A DNA stretch of 64,000 bases from Lingula anatina (lineage: Eukaryota; Animalia; Brachiopoda): the NCBI GenBank assembly GCA_051362555.1, contig CM120641.1:5084001-5148000 (forward strand). The letters are read 5' to 3'. Numbering within the stretch: the first letter of the stretch is position 1; the number at the start of each line of letters is the position of its first letter. Below, piece after piece: positions 51,219 through 63,300 of the stretch. The position numbers and the translations under genes are program-made. Below the pieces are notes generated by a model that worked only from the letters and a program-made list of their open reading frames with translations, had not been told where the DNA came from and made no database searches.

Positions 51219-54200
51219 TCACTTGAGTTTTGGCACTCGTCTGAGCTGTATATAGGCCAGGAACATGAATACTACTGTCATAATTCCTAGGGCCATTTCA
51301 TTGTACCACAGGTCCCAGGCAGTTGCATAGGTTATACCTTGACTATCTAGGTAAACTGTCCCTGCTTGGCTGATATGAAAAAAAAAAGATAAAAACATTA
51401 ATTTACTACAAAGAAAGCACGAAATACATAATAGCCTTCGGGGACGAGAAAAAAAATTAAAAAATGGTGACACTTTTCGTTCAAAATGCAAATCAGTCCA
51501 ATGAGACTTACCAAGTCTGGGTTCCATTATTTGTATCACAAAAATTCAGGTCTTTCATTTCATTCACCGTCAAGGCCTGAAGTTGAAAAACAGGTCATAA
51601 AATGACATGAAAATGAAGTGCAGCAGTTTATCTTAATACTACAGCCCGAAGGAAAGACGTTACAAGAGTTTACAAACAGAACTGTCAGAAAGTTCACGAT
51701 TTTCTACAGGTATTCAAATCACTATACATAAAAGACATACAGAGTAGGCAAGAGTTACAGGACATACTCACATCTATACTGTATCTAAAGAGACTGAGCC
51801 ATTTAATCCACTTCAACCAGTCACCAATGGAGTCCAGATTGACCAAAAGACCACTGAATATCTGTAATGATATTCAGACAGATTTTCTCTGATAGTTGTT
51901 TTGTTACGTATGAAGTTTAGAAGGAAATAATTATAAACCAAAATTTCTTGCTTGTAGAGAAAGAAGAGCCAACAAAACGAAATGAAATAAGCTATATCAT
52001 AACCAATGTAAAACATTACATAATTGACCAAAACCTCTTCCTAAATGCAAGTGAAAGCTGGGCACTTTATTAAGTAAAGAAATCGATCAATTCATATAGC
52101 CAGCCATGCGTTTAAGAAAGAAAAGACGGCCCACGTTTTTTTTTTTTTTTTTTTTTTTTTGGTAACTGTGTACATCTGTTTACATTCGTAAATTCAAAAC
52201 GAACTACATGTAGTTATTATCAGCTGTAATATCTATACAAATTACCAAAGAATGTGTGCCACTTGGCAAAGCTTTAAGTATAACCTTTTTACAGTCTAGA
52301 TTACATCTGCCGAGGAAGCCATACGATGAAGCCGTAAACGATATCCCGTTTTTTTTTTACATCGCAAGTGGCTCCTGCGAACAGCTTTCATTCTCAGTGC
52401 AGTTGCGGTAGAGCTTCGGGCGGTAGATCGATACTTTGTCGGTATACAGCCCCCTACGATTTTTAGTAACATGTGGTGAATAATAAAACTTAGTTTTTAA
52501 ACATCTTCACTGTTATTAAAACTCCTAAAACCAGCAAACAGACGTGGTGGAAGGGAAAGGGTTCAACAACAGGTTCAACCATTATCACGATCACCGCAAG
52601 TCCACCGAACAATGCCCATAAAGGAACTGTGCATTGTCATCTACAATATTGCTACGGCCTATGCGCTAACGATCTTCAAAATTTGTCATAAATTGCTTGA
52701 CAAATCGTAGAGGCTATCTGGGCCATGAATTCGTACGATTTTCCACGGCCACGAAAGGGATATTACGGGCAGTATGTGTACCGTACGGACATTGCACGGT
52801 GATTGCATGCTTGGACATAATTATTATGTCCAAGTTGCATGGCAACCTAGGCCTTGGAAGAATTTGTTTCATTCGGAACTTGCGGAACTTTTTAACTTCA
52901 TTTCCTGGCCAACTGGTTTTCCGTACTTACCAAAGTTACAGCGAGTTCAAAGAAATAAAAATAAATTGATGCAGTATTGGTAATTACACCGTCCTAGTTT
53001 TAAGTATCGTAAACTTTTTCTTTCCAGGCAAATTTGTGACAGCCTAAAATAAAAGCGCCGAAAAAGCGTTTACAACACGATGGCCGAACATACCCTGGAT
53101 TTGTTAAACAGATAAAAATACGTCACTTTATACTTTGTCATTAGCGTTTAACTTGTTATGAAAGAGCAACCAACAACAATTCAACTGATCCTTTTCGGTC
53201 TCTGTTACATTTATGTAGCACAAGAGGACTCGCATAAAAACGGTCCCCGCAGCCGTGTAGCTTGTGTCATATGCAGTGTGTCGATAATTGGGCATTTGTA
53301 TGACTAATGAATATTTCAATATTCATGAAAATGACCCGAGTTGCCCTTTGCCTTCGCACAATTCACGGACAACTGGGGATTCAGAAATCCATAAATCAAT
53401 TCAAATCGTGTTAATTTCTTTTATTCATTTAAACAGTATGAATGCGGTTTCAGTTGCTGTGTTGCGTCTATTGATGCAAAGTTATTAATCTCCAATCCTT
53501 CCTTGCCATATTAGATATGCATAGTCTCAGTCCAAACATGACCTTCATTCATATCTGGGCATTATCCAACATAACCATAAAAGGTAATGTAAATCTTATC
53601 ACGTACTTTGCTTCATGAATCAACAAAGACCCAATTTGATAATAAACTACATTTATATTTACAATATTCAAATATGGGCAATTACGCACAGGTCCAGTTT
53701 GATAAGGATATCATAACTGAGCCAATAATTGAATCGATCGTGTCGTCTGATGATTCACTGGGAGACGGTCCCTTTGTTTTCCTATCACCTTCGTGTATGA
53801 ATACCTGACGGTGACAAGGTCGTATAAAACCAAGTGAGGGCATAGTAGGCGTCTCTTGTCACAGTCAGGAAGTTGAACTAATTAAACGTTTCCCAGGCGT
53901 AGGGTGTGGTGATAGAGTAATCAAAATGGTAGGTGTTGGTTTTGAGTTGTTTTCGACTGCTCTGAATGTTATTTAAACGTCAGTTACTGTTAATTAACAA
54001 GAGAGATCGAGATCAAAGTCCACATCCAGTAGAGGTGGTACCCCGTGTGTTCTGTCTTAGAAGACATTACCGGTACTTTTCATGTTTTCGGTTTTACGTG
54101 TTAGATAGTGAATGAAATCATTTTTATCAATTAATTAAAAGAAAATATACCAGTACAATAAAATTGGGCCGCTTGAGCCTGATACTTCAGACTACTGCCG

Positions 54201-54310
54201 GCGAAGGTTCTATTAACAAGGTGATCAGCATGTTTTGTTTTCACTTCCGTGTTTACCTGAAGTAACTTTTGCCTAGAACTTGGGCCTTTATTTCCACTAT
54301 TTACTATCAG

Positions 54311-54373
<63 letters not shown>

Positions 54374-57300
54374 TATGTGTGTTTTAAAAAAAATGGGAAG
54401 TTTTACAGAACTACAGTGTACAGTATATACCTGTAAAATAAGGAAATGAACAATTAAATATCACCATATACTAGTACGTATAGTTAATACATTTTTTTTG
54501 CATGTGTCCTTCCCAAATAAATGTTGCCAAATATGTAAAATTGAGAGCTATTATGATTCAGATTATTGATGACAATATTTTTCAATGCAGAACCTGTTTG
54601 CACAACACTGCCGAATTGGCAAGCAAAGCATTCCCACCTCTCATTTTATTACCCCAGTCTGGTTATTTCTGAATCCATTTATTTCAGTCGTATATATTTT
54701 CCAGTTTAAAATATTCTGTACAAACTCAAAATTTGCCGTTGTTAATCACCAGATGTACCTATTAAAGCATGACAAGAACTCAAAATTAGTATCTGAGTAT
54801 GGTAGTCATTGATTTTAAAATTCTTGAATAACCTTGTAAAATAGTAATTATGTAAAATAAATGTTGGAGAGCTGAGGATGCCAACCAGTGCATGTCAACT
54901 TTCATCTGGATTGTATTGATCAAATCTTGTACTGCACATTTTCAGTCGTCAGCTTCAGGAGTAAAAATATTAGACACAGTTATCGAAGACTATCAGAAAT
55001 TGCAGAAAGACCAGACACTCAAATACATCATCTTCAGCATTAAAGCACACAATGGAAAAGACTACAGTGCTATTGATGTTCACTGTAAATCAGAAGGTAA
55101 TTGAGGGGGGGGGGGGGGGGGGGAGTGGATTATAAGGGTAAAATTGCATTCTTTGTAACTGCATATGTTATATTAGGCATAATTAGTGTTACAGAGAGGG
55201 CTCTGAGTTTTTGAGGTTATGGATGTCTGTTAAAAGCTACAAATGTACCATGCTCTTCCTTAATTATAAATCATTAAAAATGCGGAAATGTTTTTTAACT
55301 TTTCTTCAGAGAAGAAGCGTAGTAAAGAGGAAGATATAAGTGAACAAGGTAATAAATTGGTCCTCAGTGCCTCTAACAATATTCAGAGAGTAAGTTGCTA
55401 AACATCTTAAACCAACTTTGATGTCTTTCTTTGTTTAAATGGCAAAAAACAGGAAAACCTGAACGTGGCAAGAGGTCTCTTTTAGGGGATGCTATTGCTT
55501 TTATGTTGTGACTACACCAGTGTCCCTTTAAAATCTAGCTTTAAAATCTGTCTTTTCATTTTTTTTGTAGAAACTTTGTTTGAGGAGTTTACAGAGCATT
55601 TGAGAGAGGCAGAAAAGGCAAATGAATGCCGCTATGGTCTCTTTGATTTCTGCTGTAGAGACAGTGCTGGTCATCCCAGACAGGGTATTGTGTTTATTGC
55701 CTGGTGAGTAGAGGTGGTGATCTGACTGGGTGCATGACAGAAGTCCAAAGGATTAATAGTCTGAAAGTTCAAATGTTCATCATAGATACTTCACACCAAT
55801 GAACATTTTTATTAAAAAAAAATCATGAAAATGTTATAGTATTTTCAGAGCAGTGAACCTTTGAACTGTTGAGGTGCACCCATCTGATTTACTGAAGCAT
55901 GCACACACAATCTCCCCCTTCAATTAAACATGCATAGCACCCACAGCTGAGGGTTCATTCACAGTGAAACTACCATTCTACGTAGATCGATCCAACTCTG
56001 TAGATTTGCAATCAAATTAGAAGATAAAAATAAGTCCTGAAAACAAGAGAAGGCATGTTAATCTGTAAAAATGATTGCATTCAGCAAGAGTCCCCGTGGA
56101 GTTGGATTGATCTTTGTAGATTGATAGTTTCATTGGGAATTAGTCCTCAAAGGGAATGCAAGTACAACTGCATAAGAAAAATAAATCAGTACAATGTTAG
56201 TTTTATCTTCCAAAATGAAACATTTTAAGACCCTTTTTTTCTAGGTCACCAGAAAATGCCAAGACCAAAGAAAAAATGGTGTATGCCAGCAGCAGAGATG
56301 CACTTCAGAAGAAATTTGATGGTGTGAAAGTAATCATACAGGCCACAGATTATGATGAAATTGACAAAGATGTAGTTGAGAAAGAACTTGTGAGAAAGCT
56401 TTATTCATAAACCAGAACAGTGAGAGCTTTGTAATTTGGGACCTGTACCACACAAGGACTATTGCCTTAGCATGTGTTAAATACTGATGTAAATTATTTT
56501 TTGCATTGAAGGAGATAGAAAAATAGCAAGAACAATAAACAATTTTTTATTAAAACAGGAACGAATGATGGTTTGGACCTAAATTTAAATAATACGTAGA
56601 AATCCAAATAACTGAAAATCTCTATGACGCCAGTACAACAGGTGAAGATCAACTGCTTTAAGGACTATTCCCTTTTGCAATCCATACACCTTGCCCTATC
56701 CAACCCAGTTTGAAAGTTTTAAATTAAATTTTAAAATATTAAAGAAATTTTTAAAAAATATGAATTAAATGAAGTTTTTTATAGTTAAGATATTTGAAGA
56801 AGGATGATATATATCTTTATATAACTGACCAGGGTGTTTTTCAGAAGCTTTTAAAATATTTTTAGCACATTTAAATAATGTGTCAGCAATATTTAAAAAA
56901 TGACATAATCAGTTTTGCGACATACATTAATGATCTGAAGAAATAAAAAAATAAAATAAAATGCAAATAAATGCCATTTATAGATCAAAATGATTTGTTC
57001 GTTCTAAATGTGTGTGGTGGGGCGGGGCTTCAAGCATGTGTTTGCCAGTATGCCATTTTGCACTGTTTTGTCAGGATAGGGTGAAGAGGGACTTTCCGTT
57101 TTCCTCCAAGCACTACACATTTAATGTTACTGTATCCTTCCTCTTTACCACTGCGGTTAGCTAATGGTAATCACTGCATTTCTGCTTAAGTAATATTTTC
57201 TGAGGGAAAGACTGAAATCATTGCATGGAGCCATCTAGATAAAGAAGCATAACTGACTTACACATATATTGTAGCATTGCCTATTCCTTCCTCATCAATT

Positions 57301-60300
57301 CTTGCTTCAGTTTAATTGATAAAAGTCAAAGTAACTCTGACAGGCAATGTTTTCACACTAATATAAGTACCACACTGTTTGGCAAATGTATAATATCTTT
57401 GTTACATGATCAATTTAATGTTTACCATTCCACAGTGCAGTGACAAGAGGTCAATTATTTTTAGTGAGTTGACCTCCTAGTCAACTCACCCTGCCACCTT
57501 GAATATCTGTTTTAGATCTACATTAGCTAAATACCTCACCAAGTTCTCAATGTGTCTTATTTTTAATTACCTTAAAAACTTGTCAACATGTAATACACGT
57601 ATGTCTATAGAACTTCTCATTGTATAATCGGCATGCTTACCTGAATAATCTCTTTATTTCTGATAGAGATTGTTATATATTACTCAGTCTTGAAGCAGGT
57701 ATTAATATGTTTATACATTTTACTCACCATCATAAAAACATATGTCATGGCAATGAGAAGGTTGGCAATGGCTATAATTCTGACTGACGCACTGACAAAG
57801 AAAGCATAAGCTGAGGCTGTCAATGTAGTGAGGACCAGGTTGAGTGTGAAGAAAAAGAATTTCCCTGCATCTGCTTGAAGGCCTAGAATGAATAATGCAT
57901 TTAAGTTTAAAGTCTGTACCCTTTGATTAAAACATTTTTTAATATTTAAAGTGGGATCTGAAATCATTAAAATTTTTAATAAACCAGAAGATTAAGAAAT
58001 CAAATGACAGTTCCTTATTTAACCATTCAACTCCAATATAGACAATAATGGTAATGACTTGATCTTTTCTATATATGGAGAAGATTTACAATTTTTAATA
58101 TTCATGATTTTGGAATCATTAAAAATTATATTTCTATAAAGCATTTGTGGTGTTTTTACTGTACACAATAGAAAAAGAATCCTATATGGTAGCCTGCCTT
58201 CCCATTTTGATGCTAACACTCAACAGCAATGTAACAGTTCTAATTTTAAGAATGTACAGCATCTGTAAAATTCACAATTTTTCCAATTGAAAAGATTGAG
58301 TAACAACTGAAGTCACTGGCAAATCCATTCACTGACTGTCTATACAATTACAGATAAAATGTTTCATACCAATCATCCAGTAACTGATGGCAGAGAACAG
58401 CAAAACTGGCGTGGTCCTAGGAATCAGATCACAAAAAACTTTGGCAAGAAAATATGCAGACACTCTGTAGAACCCACTTGCATTCTCATGCCTAAGATGA
58501 AAGAAATATTTTGATAGTTAAAGGGGCTCTTTCCGATATGAGGGAAAATAAAACATATCCCAAACTTTTTCTTATATATGAAGGTCACGATCTAAACCAA
58601 AATTCGCCTTTGAGGTAGACGGCAATCAAAATAATTAATTATTTCACATTCGAGTCTGTATTGGAGAACGTCCTCTCCCCAAAAAAGAGAAGACGACTAC
58701 CGCAAGGTTTTAGCCAATCAGAGTGCGTTGCCTAAAATAGCACTCGTACACTAGGAGAAACAAATATGGCGCGGTGGAGTTCGAAGTAAGTCGTTTACAG
58801 ATGCACGTTAGTTAAAACTCTCTCCCTTCATTGTTCGTGAACAGGTTTGTGCACTTAAACATTTAAAGAATTCATTTAACTTCTCGTCGGTTAAAATAGT
58901 CCAAAAATCAACGAATGGCTTGGAAATATTTACGACGGAGTGTAGCCTATTATGTCAACAGTGCTTGATGCCGTAATTCTCAATGCCGATTCACCGAATG
59001 AGTAACTTGTACCAGGAAATATACCGGTGACATGATTAGAGACAGTGGTATTTTTCGGGTCAACTGAACCAGCCCTTTTCGGTTGGATATTTATGAACGA
59101 CTGTTACTTTTTTTGTTGTTTGCTATGCTTTCTGAGCCGCAATTTTGACATCGCGATTTGCACGCACAGCGTAGCACGGACTACAAATGCGTTCCAGACG
59201 ATTTTGATACTTACTGGCAGTAGTGGTGAGCATCGTGCAGATGTCAAAATCGTCAATAGGAGTGCCTGAATTTTGTGCTACGCACACACGTATCTTATCT
59301 TGCTTTTCTAGTCGATCTGTTTTTATACTTTTCAGATCGAGAGTAGGCCTATTGTTGATGAGGCAAGCAGTCAGAGCAGTCCAGAACTAGAGGGTAAAGA
59401 GTTTTCTGTTATTTTTAAATAATACAGGCCTTTTAGTTAATCTGGCATATTCCTTAGTTTTGATAGTAATGTGTAGGACCCACCTTACCCTCACCTATAT
59501 TCACATGTAATAATCCACACATACAAAAAACTTATAGTTTAGGGATAACAATTGATACGCTTGAGTGCAGGACAATGATTAATTGAAGTGAAACCCATTT
59601 TGAACAGTTCACAACATTATTACTAGCATGCAATTAAATCAGTGCCAATTATTATTATTATTAGTTTTATTATTATTTTACAGCATACTATCTTGTGATG
59701 TCTGCCTCATTAGAAAAAAAGCCCTGTATAAAGGTTTAGTAGAGTTGGCAGTGATACATAGCACTTCTAGGTCCAGTAGTACAAGGCTTGGAAGAGGTGT
59801 GAGATTAGGAGGATTGACTCAAGAACATGAAAGGAGAATTCAGTAACTCACAGAAGAGGTATAAAACTCATTAAATCTTTATTGAAAAGATAAATTCTAA
59901 GTTTCTCACAATACACAAACACCATTCATATTCCTTCTTATTTTCAAAGTAAATTTGTTCGATAAAATTTGGTGGTGTGAAATCCAGTCCTTATGGTTGT
60001 TTTAGTGTTCATACATTTTCAAATATTTTATTTTTGAAGTAAGCTATTGTACATATCAAAACAGAAATGACAGATATAAAAGTGAATATATTTTTTTCAT
60101 TATCAGAGCATACATGATGGTGTTGCCAAGAAAATGATGGTGTTGCCAAGGAAAGTGCTGAATACATTGTGACAAGTGTGATGGAAATCCTGGCCTTGCA
60201 CTGGATATAAAGATGCTTTTGCTAGAGAATTTACCAAGCAATGACTCAGCATAAGTGGAGATGGGACTGGCCCATCTCCCACTCACTGTAATGTCCCCTA

Positions 60301-63300
60301 CATTTTGACTGCCATTGAATTTGCTGGATTACTTCACTTTGAAGAAAATCACAGAATAACTATTACCACAAGTATCAGTTTACTGACCAAACATTCATAA
60401 GACCTGTAATATGCAAGTCACTGAGTAGAAGGATTCTTTTCATTCTACTGTAATTTGTGCAACCATTCAGTGAACATGAAAAATAAAGGCATAGAAAAAC
60501 AAGGTGCTTTCATTTATCCCTTTCTCATTTCAAAAGTAAAATGCAACTCTGTACACAATCTGTTCATAAAATCAATCATTTTAAAAGTTAATGTCATACA
60601 AGGAAATAATGTATGTCTGGATGGATTTATAAAAGAAAAGTTTATGTGAGGTAATCATCATTTTGATAAAAAAAATTCTTATATACATATAAGGACCACG
60701 GTGCCTTGAGTCTCTTGGTTCCATCTGCACCATGGCTGCTTAGAAATGTGTACTTGTAATTCCCATGTCAAATTCCTGGTTTGTAAGATTGGAATGTACC
60801 TTTATTTGTGCTAATTGTTTATGTAACAGCTTGAGGTCTTACTGTCATCCATGATTTTGAGTGCTTGCTTTGCTGCTTAGTATACCTAAAAACAAAACAT
60901 TGACTATTGGAAAGACTTCAATGCATTTTTTTGTGAAATTAATAGCACCCACTATCTGTAATGTCTACGCCAGACATAAGAGCACTGAATAGAGCATGGT
61001 TATCAAAATTATTTGTTTCAAAATCCAATTTATTACATAATGTTCCCCACAATAAGTACTGATATCCTGTGCTTGACACAATTCTAGGACTAGCTGCCAT
61101 GGCAGTGTTAAACTTTATAATAAAATGGCATTGTTCCAAGTAACAACATGCATTAGATTGATATTGATGGCAAGGTGTACTGAAAATGGTAAACTAAACA
61201 GCTATTGTGTGTTTGGATTCTGGGTGTCAGGTACTTACTTTGGCTCTGGCTCTATGTTGGCCTTGAACCTGATGTAGGGGTAGATGTTACCACATGCATA
61301 TTACCTGGATAAAAATATATATATATACCAGTGTATTATCCTCATTCTCCAGAGAATCCCCATGAAGTCAACTTTAAAAACGTAAACAGAGAATAAACAT
61401 TTACTACCATCAGATGCTGCAATTAATGTGCTCGCTTTAAATCTTTTAATTTAAATTAAATTCGAATAAGGTAATTAGTGAAAGGTTGTTTTTTCTCTTT
61501 TTTTTTTTTTGGACTTGAGGATATCACGACGTTAAGTAAGCCGACAAAAACCAGTCTTTAATAGAAGACTATTTAGCTCAATCCTTGTTTGTACTGACTG
61601 CTCTAAAGAATAATAAACTTTTCTGCGTACAGCAGGGATAACAGGGGCGGATCCAGAGATATTTAATATTTTCTGACAGTCTTCCGAGTAATGTTGATCC
61701 ATCCTCCATTTTTGACCGCCTTTCGACAGAAATATTACATATACCCGCCAATGAAAACTTGAAAATCTAACCGTCTTCCGGAAGAACCAGAAGACGCCCT
61801 AAATCCGCCTCCTGAATATGTTCTCAATGAAAGAGTCGGACGTGATAAGAGATCGAAATAACCTACCCGTATCCGGCAGAATTTTGTCAGTTTCTCGCTT
61901 GTCAGTTTTATTTCCTACTTCTGCTTTGTCTACCTCACCGGCCTGCCAATGAAAATAACATCCTCTGCTTCTGCATTTCCCGTTTTATTTCCTTTTTCAT
62001 TGTCCCGTAGAGTTATTCTTCTCTCTTTCAACTCACGTGTACTCGGACTACCCTCCATCTTGGTTTGCAGTGACATCCGGGTCTTCTCCAGAGCGTAGTA
62101 AACAGTAGTATTCAGTCATATGCAAATTGAGGCAAGTCCCAGAATTCCATGCGTAGGGGGAGTAATGGCGAGAAGTTTAGACGAAAAAAAAAAATGCTGC
62201 GCTTTTTTTTCTTTAAGTGATCTTAAAAACCTATACCTCGACCTTTATTTTCTCAACGGTTTTGTGTGAGACATGCTTTGGGGTTCAGGATCAAATAGGC
62301 AAAGTTTCAGAGAAAGGCCTATTTAAGCGTCTACAGCGGAAAGACATCCTTTAAGTTTTTAATTACTTCTTAGAATGTTTTTAAATAATTTTCATTACAA
62401 AACACAATTTTCAAACTTGCGTCACCAGTGCAATTCTAAAACAAATATCTGTGACACTGAATTAAATCCTGCTAACAAAGTATTAATGAGTGTTATCATA
62501 GCATAAAACTTACATGAATATGCTTCTCTCCTTTAAAAAAAGTTCAATAGCTGATAAATTTGAAAATACCATATTCATCACGATAAAGAAGAAGGCACCA
62601 ACTCTGAAATAATCAGAAATCAAAAATACAGAAATCTCAAAGTGGTGCTTAAAGACTGTATATCACTCATTTTCCTCTCCTTAATTGTTTCATTAAGCTT
62701 ATGTATTATTTTTTCTTTCCAAAATCATCCACCACTTCCCTTGCCACTCCTTAATAATATGATTACAGCAGTCTACATCAACCAAGTATTATATGTTGTT
62801 GACTGGAACCAAATGTTTCTTCTGACCACACATAATAGTAAAATGGCATTATAAATATACTACATACTAGTATGAATTGAAATAACCTTGCACAAGCCCA
62901 TTAATAGATACTATACAGAAATTACCTGTTTTGTATTCCAGATTTGAGTGATGTGTCAATCTGCCAATAGATGGCACCAACTATAACCCCCAAGAAGATA
63001 TTAACAACAAACTGAAAATCAAAGAGCAACATAGAGAATTATTTAAAAAAATGCTAAGGAAAAAGACATTGCTTTAAATGCTGTCATCTATCATTCGTGT
63101 ATAAATGCAACTTGAAAACAAGGGACAAAATGCAAGAAGACTTCATAAAAACATTAAAAAAGTAAAGATGTTTCAATTACTCACTCATTTACTTGGTTTT
63201 CAATTATGAACTTCAGCATGTGCCTTTATATAAAATGTCATTCAAGTACCTGTATATGGTTACAGTTTTCTAACTGACCTGTAACGAGATTGTCTTGTTC

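Noticed and set aside
58522-62350. piggyBac assignment or intact transposase in the TTAA-flanked element
   Set aside because: Termini are AGG, not the CC(C/Y) of piggyBac, and the candidate spliced frames hit stop codons within ~25 codons.
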